A DNA stretch of 64,000 nt from a virus (lineage: Duplodnaviria; Caudoviricetes). A program made the translations under genes and the position numbers. Positions 18,227-28,356 of this stretch are shown here, in pieces (the first letter of the stretch is position 1; each line of letters opens with the position of its first letter). The DNA is taken from the IMG/VR virus record IMGVR_UViG_3300050821_010560, positions 1,927 to 65,926 of that record; one strand, given 5' to 3'. Below the pieces are notes generated by a model. It was not told the DNA's origin. It did no database searches and was given only the letters and a program-made list of their open reading frames with translations.

Positions 18227-19280
18227 CTATCTGGATCTTCGGCCCACCGCCGAACGCGGAAGCGAAGTTAGCGATCGACTTTGCAAAGTTAGCAGTCTGC
18301 GTCTGGTTGATACCAAGAAGCATGTTATAAATATTGGACGATAACCCCGTCTCGCTGATACCGGTCGTCAGCAAATCCTGCCCGATCTTGGCAGTTGCCG
18401 CGATGGCGTTGGTATCCACCTGTGCCAACTCTTGCGCCAAGGTGGAGTTCTTCGACGGATCGGTAGGCAGCCCCTGCTGTGCGTAGCGCGAGATGATCGT
18501 GGCTTTAGCTGCCTGCGTGGCTTGCGTAAGCTGCGTCTGCAGAGCCGGAGGCAGGGTGCCGGTCGTCAGGTAGGACTGCAGCATCTTTCCCTGATCGTTA
18601 AGTTGATAAGCCTGATGCTCCAATGCTACGCCTTCGCGTGTATTCAGCGGGTTCTTGTTACCCGCCATAGCGACACCCAAGCCACCTGCACCAAGGGCAA
18701 TACCAAGTGGGTTTTTAATCAGCGACTGTGCGGCACCTTCGCCAAGCGTGCCCATCGGGTTCTGTATCAGCTGCTGCAATACGTTCGTCGACCCTCCTCC
18801 ACTTCCAGGGCCACCGCCGATAAGCGCGGATATGTCCGTACCCGCCTGCCCTCCTACGTTAGAACCGACTTGTCCGGGAATCGACGCCGTGTCGGGAGCA
18901 ATCGCACTGATTCCCGAGGCATCAACCGGGGAAGCCCCCGACAAATTCAATGCTCCGCTGATTGCGTCAGGCGCTGCTGTTCCATATCCGGGAGCACCGG
19001 TAGCACCGAAAGCACCGAAATCGAACGGCTGGAAGCCGAGCGCGCTGGAAGCAAGATCAGGGGCAGCCCCGGCAGCAGCCGGCAAGGCAGAGGGGGCAGC
19101 AGCGGCTATGCCTCCGGCACCCGCGGCACCCTCGCCGAGCCCGAACAGACCCGCCAGATCGCTTCCAAGACCGCCCAGCGCGCCCTCGATACCACCTAAA
19201 GCACCGGCACCCCCTGCAGCAGCCCCGCCACCGAACAAACCGACACCAAGGTCAATGGCACCACCGATGATACCGGGCAT
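18207..19280 (-). CDS. DNA ejection / pilot protein (P22 gp7-like position)
   Basis: Gly/Ala-rich N-terminus, Gln-rich helical C-terminus. Confidence 0.6.
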   Translation of the reverse strand: MPGIIGGAIDLGVGLFGGGAAAGGAGALGGIEGALGGLGSDLAGLFGLGEGAAGAGGIAAAAPSALPAAAGAAPDLASSALGFQPFDFGAFGATGAPGYGTAAPDAISGALNLSGASPVDASGISAIAPDTASIPGQVGSNVGGQAGTDISALIGGGPGSGGGSTNVLQQLIQNPMGTLGEGAAQSLIKNPLGIALGAGGLGVAMAGNKNPLNTREGVALEHQAYQLNDQGKMLQSYLTTGTLPPALQTQLTQATQAAKATIISRYAQQGLPTDPSKNSTLAQELAQVDTNAIAATAKIGQDLLTTGISETGLSSNIYNMLLGINQTQTANFAKSIANFASAFGGGPKIQIGGTSGA

Positions 19281-19283
19281 GGC

Positions 19284-19847
19284 CTATCCCTTCAAAATGT
19301 ACAGCATCTCATCCGGCTCGAAGCCGACATTGCGCAGGATGGAGTCGTTGCTGTGGCTGAGCTTGCAGCGGAACCGTTGGTAAGTGATGCCCTTAGCCAG
19401 CAGATGGTCGCGCATGAAACGGATAAGGTTGCGCTGGATCAGGCCCCGCATCGGGCGCGGCTCCACGTAGTAGACCGCTGATTCGGCGGCGATCGTACCC
19501 TTGGAATTGAGATCCGGACGCTGCATCATCATGAGATACCCAATCAATCGTTCATCCGGTCCATGGCGGGCGGTTCCCAAAGTAATCCGGCCTATTCGAT
19601 CGGCCTGCAGGTACGTTTCCCAGTCCACGTCGAGCTGGCGGATATCCTTGCGCGATGCCACCTCCTCCCAGTGGCGCGAGACGTGCTTGACGATCTCGAA
19701 CACGCAGGCGGAGAACGCTTCGACTTGATAGGTAATCGTCCCATGGTAAGTAGTTTTTAGATTCGCTTCCGTTTTGGTAAACGAATCCAGTGCAGCCGCA
19801 GCACACTGCCGTTCCACCAAGTCCGCACGCTCCTTCAACGACATCAC
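19284..19847 (-). CDS. GNAT-fold acetyltransferase-like protein
   Basis: LDVDWETY, LIGY, YYVEPRPMRG, LRNVGFEP motifs. Confidence 0.6.
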   Translation of the reverse strand: MMSLKERADLVERQCAAAALDSFTKTEANLKTTYHGTITYQVEAFSACVFEIVKHVSRHWEEVASRKDIRQLDVDWETYLQADRIGRITLGTARHGPDERLIGYLMMMQRPDLNSKGTIAAESAVYYVEPRPMRGLIQRNLIRFMRDHLLAKGITYQRFRCKLSHSNDSILRNVGFEPDEMLYILKG

Positions 19848-20305
19848 CCCACCTTCGCGTATTTCTGTGGCCGCTCGAACACCCGCTTGAGCCGCTTTCT
19901 GATCTCAGCCGGCGGCACGTCGGAAATCACCTCGACGAGCATCGTATCGGCGCCAAGCGCTAACGCCCACCGCTCGGCCTCCTCATAGAAAATGCCGGCC
20001 TCCTCCTGGTATCCTTCCTGTGCCAGGACGAACTGCTCGCGCACGATCGGGCGCGGGCTCAGCGTATGCGCCCGGTCGAGCTGGAACAGCGCGATGCCGT
20101 GATCGGACTGCAAAAACAGGAACTCGTTGGTATAGATCAGGCCCCGCAGCCAGCCGAACGCCACCTGATCGGTGAGATGCGGGTAGACCTTCTTGAGACG
20201 GGCCAAGATCCAGCCGCCATGCTGGTTGAGATCCGCCAGCTGGAAACGCCGGATCGGTCCAAAATCAACTTTTTCCTCGAGTTTTGCTGCGGCTTCCGCC
20301 ATCAT
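19844..20305 (-). CDS. degenerate GNAT-like protein
   Basis: IRRFQLADL...EAERWALALGA pattern; neck-region position. Confidence 0.45.
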   Translation of the reverse strand: MMAEAAAKLEEKVDFGPIRRFQLADLNQHGGWILARLKKVYPHLTDQVAFGWLRGLIYTNEFLFLQSDHGIALFQLDRAHTLSPRPIVREQFVLAQEGYQEEAGIFYEEAERWALALGADTMLVEVISDVPPAEIRKRLKRVFERPQKYAKVG

Positions 20306-20643
20306 CCTATCTCCAGTAGGTTCGCTGCCTGAAAGTGCTCGTTGGCGTTACCTTGTATCCAACCGCCAAGCTGCGTGGGGTCTTTCCAGTCAACCGTGGT
20401 CAAATCATACCCCTTTATCCCCAGAATTGCATCTATAGTGTTGTGCATGGTCTGATGCTGGTATAGCCACAACTCCATGTCGGCTGGACTGAACGGGTCG
20501 AGGACATAGGACGGCACTGTGATACCCGTTGCCTTGAGGATAGCAGCATTGATCTCGACGTGGTGCACCGCATGGTTGAAGCTCCATTGCGCCAACTGGT
20601 CCGGATTGGCCGGAACATTGAAGATTCCGGCGATCCCGCTCAC
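20302..20643 (-). CDS. conserved hypothetical virion protein
   Basis: His-rich W..NH..HH / WL..HQ.MH pattern; translationally coupled. Confidence 0.55.
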   Translation of the reverse strand: MSGIAGIFNVPANPDQLAQWSFNHAVHHVEINAAILKATGITVPSYVLDPFSPADMELWLYQHQTMHNTIDAILGIKGYDLTTVDWKDPTQLGGWIQGNANEHFQAANLLEIG

Positions 20644-21320
20644 GGCAGTATCCGGATGGCCGCCACCCGGTAGAGCCCGCTCGGCGGAGTGACGCTCACC
20701 GATCCGGAATTAACCGCCACGACGGAAACCGACCCATTCGCCGCCACGAAACTTGTAAACGTCAGCTGCGCTACGGTACCAACCGCGGCAGGCAGGCCCA
20801 AGACCACGATATCGCCTGGTGCACACCCGGTCAGGCTGAAATTCTGCGTCTGGTTTGCCTGTGCCGCCACGACCGAGAAGGTGATCGAGCCAGAACGCGA
20901 GAAAATAGAATTGATCGCGGAACTGCCGAAGACAAAAGTGTTCGTATAGACGTGAAAACCGCCCGCCCCGCTGTTCAAAGCCGGATCGTACATGGCAGTG
21001 AAGGCATTGCCGGCGATCATCTCGCCTCCGGCGAGCGCTACCGGACCGCCGGGAGTGTCCTTATAAGCGTTGAGCGCTCCCAAACCTCCCGCGTTGATGG
21101 TCGTCGCGCCCGTATTGCTGACGCTCACAATTCCGCTGAACTGCGTGTACGGCGCTAGAGCCGTGATCGTCGGCGTATTGGCTGCCGGCGTCATGGTGAT
21201 CGCATTCGTGCCCGACACAGTGCATGGAATTGGCGTCAATGCACCCAGCGCACCGAAATTCTGGTCGAGCTGCGGCAAGGTCGGATTGGTCAGATTAGAG
21301 AACGCGACGGGAAGCGGCAT
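20640..21320 (-). CDS. short tail fibre / needle-like protein without signal peptide
   Basis: LPQLDQNF, GTNAITMTP, NTGATTINAGGLG fibre motifs. Confidence 0.55.
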   Translation of the reverse strand: MPLPVAFSNLTNPTLPQLDQNFGALGALTPIPCTVSGTNAITMTPAANTPTITALAPYTQFSGIVSVSNTGATTINAGGLGALNAYKDTPGGPVALAGGEMIAGNAFTAMYDPALNSGAGGFHVYTNTFVFGSSAINSIFSRSGSITFSVVAAQANQTQNFSLTGCAPGDIVVLGLPAAVGTVAQLTFTSFVAANGSVSVVAVNSGSVSVTPPSGLYRVAAIRILP

Positions 21321-21324
21321 GAAC

Positions 21325-23460
21325 CTATCCTCGATACCCGACTACTTCATCACCCAGCATGAGACTGGTCAATGACATGTCGGCGGCCTGTGTCTGCACC
21401 GTGAGCCCGGTCAGAGCCCCTTGCTGTCCAACCGACGTTGGCGGAAACACAACAATCCCGGAACCGGAAATAAACCAGGTGACTGTCGTACCCGACCCAT
21501 TTACCCACGGTACGACGGCACCGCTCGCATTTGTCCACGTCGCAGTCAGCGGTCCCAGCGAGAGAGTCTTCGCATTGCTGTTGGTCGACAACTCGTTGTC
21601 GATGCTGATCATCAAATTTGGCTTGCTGAAATTATAGTACTGCGCAAGGCCCCACAGGCGGCCGGCAGCCTTCTGGAACTGGTACCCTCCCGGAGCGGAC
21701 CAGAGTTTGGATTGCGCGGTCTTAGTCAAATTGATCGAAGGCTGCGCGAACAGCGGGTAGATCGACTTGCCGTCCGTTCCATAGGCGGTCAGAACCGAGT
21801 TGATCTCCTGATGACGGATAAAATTTAGCGGTACGTCCTGCTGGCTGGTCCACCAGCGCTTTCCGTTCCACATGAGAAGCTTGTTCACCTGCTGCGCGGT
21901 GATCGGATCAATGATCGGCACCAGGAACATCACCACCTTCTTGCCGAACAGGATGGCCTTGGCGGATGACGGCTGGAAGTTGGCGAAGTTGGGTACTGTG
22001 TTGTACACGCCATCCAAGTCATCGCTGATCTTGGTCACCCGCGAACCATAAGCTATCTGAATGCCGAACGGATTTGCCGCAATGACATTGCCCCCCCAGA
22101 TGTTGACCGAATTGGCCCACGGAGAACCTACCTCCGGGTCGGCATTCTGCAGCGTGAACGTGGTCGTCAGCGGCACACCGCTTGTCGAGACCCCGGAAAT
22201 GTAATCAATCGAGGAATCATTGACGAGATAGAGGAAGCCGTTCGACGATATCGGCTGGATGCGACCAACACGCAGGTAACTGGCAGTCGATGTATTGCTG
22301 CCTCCACCGGCCGACGTAGAAAAATTAACCGCACTGCCAGGCGCCGACCAGGTAAGCGAAGCCCCCGATACAATCCACACCTGCCCGTTGTAGGTCTCAA
22401 CCGCCTGCCCACCAATGCCGGTCGGCATGGTACCGCCAAACGTAGCAGGCGCGGTATTACCAGGTGCGAAAAGAGTCGTGCCATCCCAGAGCCAATATCC
22501 GTTCGTCTGATTAGCTACGATAATGACGAACTGGCTTCCCCATTGCGTGATCGCCATCTGGCCAAGCGCGGGATTGGCAATGATCGCTTGACCAGCAACG
22601 GTTGCTACGCCCGTGTTGAGGTTGACACTCCACAGCGAACCGTCCTGCGTGATAACCATCAGGAGAGGCGTCGAGCCTATATTGGCAAAATTGAAATATA
22701 CGATGCCTCCCGCAGTCGATGCCGCCTGAACAACCACAGTCGGAATGCCGGTGTAACCTGAACCGGGACTGTCCAAAATCAGGGCATTGACCGCACCTCC
22801 GGATATGGTGGCGTGCGCCAGTGCCCCGCTGCCGCCTCCGCCGACGATAAGGATATTTGGAGGCGATACATACCCGCTACCGCCCATGTCGAGCACGATA
22901 GTGGCAACCTGCTCGGTACCTAAGCTGGCTGTAAAAGTCGGCGAAGTAGTCCAATTATTGGTCAGTGAAACAGTCGGCGGAGAGGTGTAGCCGGAGCCGG
23001 GAGATGTCAGGGTAACACTCGTTACACGGAAAAAACCAGCTACCTGCGTGACTGTAGCGGTACCGGCTGCACCTGAACCTCCCCCACCGGAAAAACTTAA
23101 AGCGTAAGTTCCAGGTCCGGGAGGATTTGGCGTCGGTGCTCCAATATTCTCATTTCCTTGATTAGTTATGGAAATGCTGCCGATATTAAACCCGGTCATT
23201 GTCACATGACCGGTAGCACCAGAGCCCACGAAACCTACCGGCGTGTAGATAGACGGTCCAATGCCGTAAAGCGTGCGGAGATTCTGCTTATCCAGCGGGA
23301 AGAACCCGTCACACCAGTACATCTGTTCGTCCGGCACACCGGGCCGGGACGTACTGGTATTAATGCCTTGAAACTCCTCGAATACGAGAGGCGCCGGCAG
23401 CGAGGGCTGGTAAGGATTCGCTTGCGGCTGCTCACGGGCGGGAGGCGGTGCAGGCATCAA
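21325..23460 (-). CDS. tail nozzle / head stabilisation protein (P22 gp10-like) with GSGY-repeat insertion
   Basis: Beta-propeller-like body (YNGQVW, WSAPG); inserted GSGYTSPPTV repeats; synteny. Confidence 0.6.
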   Translation of the reverse strand: MMPAPPPAREQPQANPYQPSLPAPLVFEEFQGINTSTSRPGVPDEQMYWCDGFFPLDKQNLRTLYGIGPSIYTPVGFVGSGATGHVTMTGFNIGSISITNQGNENIGAPTPNPPGPGTYALSFSGGGGSGAAGTATVTQVAGFFRVTSVTLTSPGSGYTSPPTVSLTNNWTTSPTFTASLGTEQVATIVLDMGGSGYVSPPNILIVGGGGSGALAHATISGGAVNALILDSPGSGYTGIPTVVVQAASTAGGIVYFNFANIGSTPLLMVITQDGSLWSVNLNTGVATVAGQAIIANPALGQMAITQWGSQFVIIVANQTNGYWLWDGTTLFAPGNTAPATFGGTMPTGIGGQAVETYNGQVWIVSGASLTWSAPGSAVNFSTSAGGGSNTSTASYLRVGRIQPISSNGFLYLVNDSSIDYISGVSTSGVPLTTTFTLQNADPEVGSPWANSVNIWGGNVIAANPFGIQIAYGSRVTKISDDLDGVYNTVPNFANFQPSSAKAILFGKKVVMFLVPIIDPITAQQVNKLLMWNGKRWWTSQQDVPLNFIRHQEINSVLTAYGTDGKSIYPLFAQPSINLTKTAQSKLWSAPGGYQFQKAAGRLWGLAQYYNFSKPNLMISIDNELSTNSNAKTLSLGPLTATWTNASGAVVPWVNGSGTTVTWFISGSGIVVFPPTSVGQQGALTGLTVQTQAADMSLTSLMLGDEVVGYRG

Positions 23461-24392
23461 TACCGTCCGTACGGATTGATCGTCCTGCCAATACGCGCGT
23501 AGTTGGAGTATCGCTGCGCAAACTGATCATAGAGCGCCAGATACCCAGTAGCCGCGTTGAAATTCTGCAACTCTAGCATCGCCAGATGCGCAACCATGTA
23601 CGGCACGGCATCCGTCCAGGGATCAGGTATCGCCTCCACGCTAAGATCATCCTCTAAATCCTGAGGCATGCCAAGACAGTCCCAGTCCATCTGATAAGTC
23701 TGGCTCGGCAGCGGGTACATGTATATCGACCCACCGGCGCCCTGCCCGAACTGGGAGCAAAAAGTCGGCACATACTGGTACTGGAACGGATACTGGCGGA
23801 CATACGCCTGATAGACACTGAACGGGTACATCGGCAGCGTGTAGCGGTAATTCGCGTAAATAACCGACACGCTGCGAACAAAATAAATCTCCGATACCCC
23901 AGGAAACTGGCTCAAATCAACTTTAGAAAAATCGTACTTCTCCTGTCCGATCTTGAGTAGATTCATCGGCGACAGAACGGGCACGACAGATGCCCCCGTA
24001 CCTCCACCATCCGTGATCGTCATCTGAGGCTGGAAGTAGCCGGACCCACCCTGCTGTATGTCGACAGCCGAAACCGTACCGTTCTGAATGATCGCAAGTG
24101 CCGTCGACTGGAGCCCACTTGGAAAAGGCAAGAGACCACTAGGAAAATCAGGTGGTGTGATGCTTACAGTTGGAATGCTCGCGTAACCAGTCCCAGGTGC
24201 CGTAACGCTCGCACTGACGATCTGCCCTGAAATCGGCGGCAGGACGCGGATACATTGCGAGCGCATCGCCACTTCCCGCCGCGCCCGGTTGATGTAGGAA
24301 ATGAGATCCGCAGGGTCGAGCTTCGACTGGTTCTGGTCGCGCATGAAGCGCTGCGATTGCTCCAGGTATCGGTTGAGGGTAACAGGCATCAA
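23457..24392 (-). CDS. head-tail adaptor protein, paralogue 2, with GxGY insertion
   Basis: YINRARREVA...EAIPDPWTDAVPY. Confidence 0.6.
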   Translation of the reverse strand: MMPVTLNRYLEQSQRFMRDQNQSKLDPADLISYINRARREVAMRSQCIRVLPPISGQIVSASVTAPGTGYASIPTVSITPPDFPSGLLPFPSGLQSTALAIIQNGTVSAVDIQQGGSGYFQPQMTITDGGGTGASVVPVLSPMNLLKIGQEKYDFSKVDLSQFPGVSEIYFVRSVSVIYANYRYTLPMYPFSVYQAYVRQYPFQYQYVPTFCSQFGQGAGGSIYMYPLPSQTYQMDWDCLGMPQDLEDDLSVEAIPDPWTDAVPYMVAHLAMLELQNFNAATGYLALYDQFAQRYSNYARIGRTINPYGRY

Positions 24393-25123
24393 GCCGCTCC
24401 CTTGCCCGCCTGCAAGCCATAGGCATTCGCCTGTGCAGGATCACCTGCCTGCTCATAGAGGAAGCGATTGACGGACGGATTGGCGAACTGCCGAGCCCTA
24501 CCCACAAACGTCTGGTAGTGCCCGAACAACCGCTCCGCGTCCGCCTGCCGGGCCGAGGTCTGCGACGACAGCAACGCGTAGTAAGCCGCAAAGAACGGCA
24601 CCGCATCGGTCCACAAATAAGGTATAGCCTCAACCGTCGTGTCACTCGCCAAGTTGATCGGATAGCACACACAGTCACAATTCAACTGATAAATGTTATC
24701 CGGAGGCGGGTCCAGGTAAAAACTGCCGTTCACACCTTGCGCATACTGTGCCCAATTTTTAGGTAACCCATTCTGCGGCACCGGGTTATTCATATAGTAG
24801 AGATCAAACCATGGCCATGCCCGCGGCGCTATCCATCGCTGCCCCGACGCAACGCTTAGCGTGATCCGCCGGACGTGAATCACTCCCTGAATGCCGGTCG
24901 TCGCCGCCACGCCCGTATTGAGCGCCGAAAAATTATAGTTCCGCTGCCCCACCACGGTTGGAATCGTCGCGATTACGCGAATACACTCGCCTTCACCCGC
25001 TAACTGCCCGCGGGCGATGTTGATCCAAGTGTCGATATTGGCGATCGGATAGAGCGTCTGCGGCGACGCTCCAGGCAGCTGCAGGAGGGCTTGGGTCTGG
25101 GTCTCGTATGCCGTCAGTGCCAT
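24389..25123 (-). CDS. head-tail adaptor protein, paralogue 1
   Basis: WINIARGQLA...LDPPPD...EAIPYLWTDAVPF. Confidence 0.65.
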   Translation of the reverse strand: MALTAYETQTQALLQLPGASPQTLYPIANIDTWINIARGQLAGEGECIRVIATIPTVVGQRNYNFSALNTGVAATTGIQGVIHVRRITLSVASGQRWIAPRAWPWFDLYYMNNPVPQNGLPKNWAQYAQGVNGSFYLDPPPDNIYQLNCDCVCYPINLASDTTVEAIPYLWTDAVPFFAAYYALLSSQTSARQADAERLFGHYQTFVGRARQFANPSVNRFLYEQAGDPAQANAYGLQAGKGAA

Positions 25124-25148
25124 CGGCAGATCCTCCTGCCGGGTCGCT

Positions 25149-25385
25149 CTACGGCGCGACTGGCCTCAAAACCGGCTTGCCGGGACGGCTGAGATCGGTG
25201 TCGTACACATACCACGACTGCGAGCCGTCCGGATTCTTGCACAACATCTGCGTACCGGTTTGCGCCGCATTAGCCAGCCCGCCAGCTGTAGCAGAAGTAT
25301 CAGGGATGATCACTTCCGGCACATTAAACGGACCATAGTCTTCCGAGCTGACGCCCGTTACCGCAAGGCTGTAAGTCGCAGCCAT
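25149..25385 (-). CDS. small virion protein
   Basis: 78 aa in the structural operon. Confidence 0.5.
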   Translation of the reverse strand: MAATYSLAVTGVSSEDYGPFNVPEVIIPDTSATAGGLANAAQTGTQMLCKNPDGSQSWYVYDTDLSRPGKPVLRPVAP

Positions 25386-25386
25386 G

Positions 25387-26571
25387 CTACGGCGCCGGCT
25401 GCAACATGATGTGATCCTGGGTGCTGCCCATGGTGAACGAAATCGTCGGCGACACCACGGTTGCCAGAGCGACCGAACCGGTTGCCGGAGGCGCGATCAC
25501 CAGACCCGGAGCGCTCAGGAACAGCCCGCCATCATAGATCGTGCCCAGCTGCGTCGTCAGCGTCCCACCGCTATTGCTGGTAATCCCGATATCCGCCGGC
25601 CGCGGACGAAACGCCAAGTTGAGGAAGTCCGGGTTGTTCGTGATCGTGCCCGCCTGCTGCGCACCGCCAACGGTCGTCAGCAACGCCGTGCCGGATACCG
25701 GGTACCCTGTACCAACGCCCGACACGCTCGCCGAGACGATAGTCTGCAGGATGTTGGCGACGACCGAGCCGGCCGAGCCCGCACCTGCGAGTACCAAGGA
25801 GAAGTTGGCAACGGTTGCCAACGGACCCGCGGAGTTCGTACAGAGCGCACCTGTAATGCTGCCCGCACCAGTCACGCTGAATGCGAGAGACGCCTGCGTG
25901 ATGCCGCTAGCGATGTTCGGATCGAACGGGGAGGGCAGCACGACAACCGCAGGAGCCGATGGATAACCGGCACCGGGATTGGTGAAGCTGAACCCGGAAA
26001 CCGTGCCGCCCGCGATCGTGACAAACCCGGCCGCCGGAATGCCACCCACACCGTTCGGATTGTTCCCGGCCGGCGGAGGTGGAGCGATGAGAACGATCGG
26101 CGCGATACCGTAACCGCCACCGACGTTCGTGATGTTGAGCGAGAAGGTCGCAACCGTGCCTAACTGCCCGCCAATGATCGGCAGCCAGGTCGAAAGTCCA
26201 GGCGTAGCCGTGAGGGTGGTCGAAGACTGGACGTACCCACTTCCATACGCCTTGATGGAAGCCGACACCGGACAGGCAAGCAGGTTCGCAATCCGGTAAT
26301 TGAAACCGTCGCTCTTAACGTAGATCGGGGAGCCCAGCCAACCCGGCGTCGACGCCATCGTCCAGGTGCCGGTGATGGGATTGAGAAACTGCAGCACAGA
26401 ATACATGCCGGTAGACACGTACCAGTTGCCGGCAGGAATCGGCAGCACGTCACCAGGGCTCAAGGCAACGGAATTGGTCGGCGTATCGTACGGAGCATTG
26501 AACAGCTCGGACGGATACAGGTTCTGGGGAAGCTGGAGCCCTAAACCGGGACCGCTAAGAGGCGCGGGCAT
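25387..26571 (-). CDS. capsid decoration / minor virion protein with GxGY repeats
   Basis: Follows the major capsid gene; N-terminus MPAPLSGPGLG resembles that of the MCP (MPLPGLG). Confidence 0.55.
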   Translation of the reverse strand: MPAPLSGPGLGLQLPQNLYPSELFNAPYDTPTNSVALSPGDVLPIPAGNWYVSTGMYSVLQFLNPITGTWTMASTPGWLGSPIYVKSDGFNYRIANLLACPVSASIKAYGSGYVQSSTTLTATPGLSTWLPIIGGQLGTVATFSLNITNVGGGYGIAPIVLIAPPPPAGNNPNGVGGIPAAGFVTIAGGTVSGFSFTNPGAGYPSAPAVVVLPSPFDPNIASGITQASLAFSVTGAGSITGALCTNSAGPLATVANFSLVLAGAGSAGSVVANILQTIVSASVSGVGTGYPVSGTALLTTVGGAQQAGTITNNPDFLNLAFRPRPADIGITSNSGGTLTTQLGTIYDGGLFLSAPGLVIAPPATGSVALATVVSPTISFTMGSTQDHIMLQPAP

Positions 26572-26591
26572 ACTACATGCTCCTTAAGCCG

Positions 26592-26620
26592 TTGACAGGC
26601 TCAGTGTTTGGGGTTACAAG
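26592..26620 (+). promoter_or_regulatory. sigma70-like promoter for the HNH gene
   Basis: TTGACA-N17-TACAAG. Confidence 0.5.
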
Positions 26621-26637
26621 CAGCATGAGGTTACAAA

Positions 26638-27351
26638 ATGCCTGCATGCCCGAACTGCAACGCCACTTTCGACAACCCTCGTCGAATCTTTTGTTCACGA
26701 GAGTGCAAAAACAAATGGCATAACGACCGACAAATCTGGTCAGAACGAGCTGACCGCGAACAGCACAACGCGCGCAAAAAAGCCCGCTACCAAGCTGACC
26801 CTGAAACAGCTCGACAACGTATGCGCGACTGGCGCGCGGCCAATCCAGGACTGCAGAAAGAAATCGAGCGCCGAAATCGAATAAAGAACGCAGAAAATAT
26901 AAAACAGCAAAGCGCTGAATGGCGAGCGCGCAACCGCGAGCATCTTCAAGATCGCTCCAAGCTTTTTCACTACGAAACACGAAAGAACACCCCTTGGAAG
27001 CACATCATGCGCAGTCGATTTCGTGACGCCATCAAACGCGGCATCCCTTTCACACTGACCGACGAATGGGCAGCAAAGAAATGGACTGGGCGCTGCGAAC
27101 TAACCGACATTCCTTTCGCTCTAAACAACACATCTCCAGGTTTCTATTCACCTAGCATTGATAAGATAAAACCAGAGCTAGGCTACACTCCTGAAAACTG
27201 CCGTTTTATTCTCCTTGCCGTAAACTCCTTCAAAAACACCGGCACAGACGCTGATGTTTTTGCTGCCGCTAAAGCCATTCTTCGTTACCGCGATAAGGTT
27301 GTAACCTCAGAAAGCAGCACCCTGAAGGTTATATCCCCAGGCACCCGATGA
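26638..27351 (+). CDS. free-standing HNH-type (homing) endonuclease
   Basis: CPNC..FCSREC; KRGIPFTLT...GRCELT...SIDKIKPELGYTPENCRFIL.AVNSFK; AT-richer; antisense to the operon. Confidence 0.75.
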   Translation: MPACPNCNATFDNPRRIFCSRECKNKWHNDRQIWSERADREQHNARKKARYQADPETARQRMRDWRAANPGLQKEIERRNRIKNAENIKQQSAEWRARNREHLQDRSKLFHYETRKNTPWKHIMRSRFRDAIKRGIPFTLTDEWAAKKWTGRCELTDIPFALNNTSPGFYSPSIDKIKPELGYTPENCRFILLAVNSFKNTGTDADVFAAAKAILRYRDKVVTSESSTLKVISPGTR

Positions 27352-28347
27352 CGATTTCGCCGAGATGACATCATAGCCGACGACCACCACACCCTGTTGT
27401 CCGATCTGTCCGAGCGGCACGAGCGAATAGAAGCCGGAGAAGTCGAATGCCGCATCCTCGGACAGGTACATCGAGGTGTACTTGACGTTCGGAAAGAAAA
27501 CGTTGCCCTTCGGACAGAAGAAGTCCGCAAAGATAGGCACGCCCGCTATGTTGATGTTCGGGAAGGACGACCGAACATTCGTATCCATCGTGTAGCCACC
27601 GCCCGGATTGACGAACTGCGTCTCCGTTCCGATGATGTCGTTGTTGAGTGTCGAGTAGTCACCGGGATTCATCACCCCGAAAGTCGGTGCCTCGCCGCCC
27701 GCCTGAACGGTCAAAAACGTGATGAACGATGACATCGACTTGCGGGTAAATCCGACTGTGCCGAGCGAGAATGTACCGCTGTTCAGGTTGATATAGTTTC
27801 CTTGGAACGCGGCATTGCCGGCAGCAAGGCGGTTGACACCGCCATAAGTCGGGAAGTTCGCCCCGGCATCGAACGCGCTCTGAAGACTGTCAGGCAGCAG
27901 CGGATTAGCCGAGTTGTTGGTGAACAGCAGGCGCGCCATGTTCTGCTTGGTCACGGCGTACACGTCATTCATGCGCGCCTTGAGCAGGCTTATCTCGCGA
28001 TCGGTCGCCTGGATGATCGTCTCGCCAAAGGGCAGCGGAACGGGCACGACCCAGTAAGCAAGGTTCCACTGGCCGTTCTGAATAGCGGGTGTGATAACAG
28101 GGCTGTTAAATCCACCGCCGTAACCGGTGAACTGCCCCTGCACCATGGAATTTCCTTGCAACGGAATCGTAACCTGATTCAAACCGCCGGCCGCGCGCTG
28201 GGCATTCCCCACAAGGTAGAACAAGGTCGGCGATGCGAAGTAGATTTGCACGAAAAGACGCGGGACGAAGGCTCGTCGTGTGACCGCGGACAATTCAGTG
28301 AAAAGCGAGCCGGCAGCCGGCGCAACGCCAAGACCTGGTAACGGCAA
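27307..28347 (-). CDS. major capsid protein (HK97 fold)
   Basis: 346 aa after the scaffold gene; ELSAVTRRAF, YGGVNR, GVPIFADFFCPKG. Confidence 0.8.
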   Translation of the reverse strand: MPLPGLGVAPAAGSLFTELSAVTRRAFVPRLFVQIYFASPTLFYLVGNAQRAAGGLNQVTIPLQGNSMVQGQFTGYGGGFNSPVITPAIQNGQWNLAYWVVPVPLPFGETIIQATDREISLLKARMNDVYAVTKQNMARLLFTNNSANPLLPDSLQSAFDAGANFPTYGGVNRLAAGNAAFQGNYINLNSGTFSLGTVGFTRKSMSSFITFLTVQAGGEAPTFGVMNPGDYSTLNNDIIGTETQFVNPGGGYTMDTNVRSSFPNINIAGVPIFADFFCPKGNVFFPNVKYTSMYLSEDAAFDFSGFYSLVPLGQIGQQGVVVVGYDVISAKSSSGAWGYNLQGAAF

Positions 28348-28356
28348 AATAGCCTC

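Noticed and set aside
26572-27351. Group I intron or intein around the HNH gene
   Set aside because: The flanking genes are intact and separate and the HNH is antisense with its own promoter; no intron core was seen
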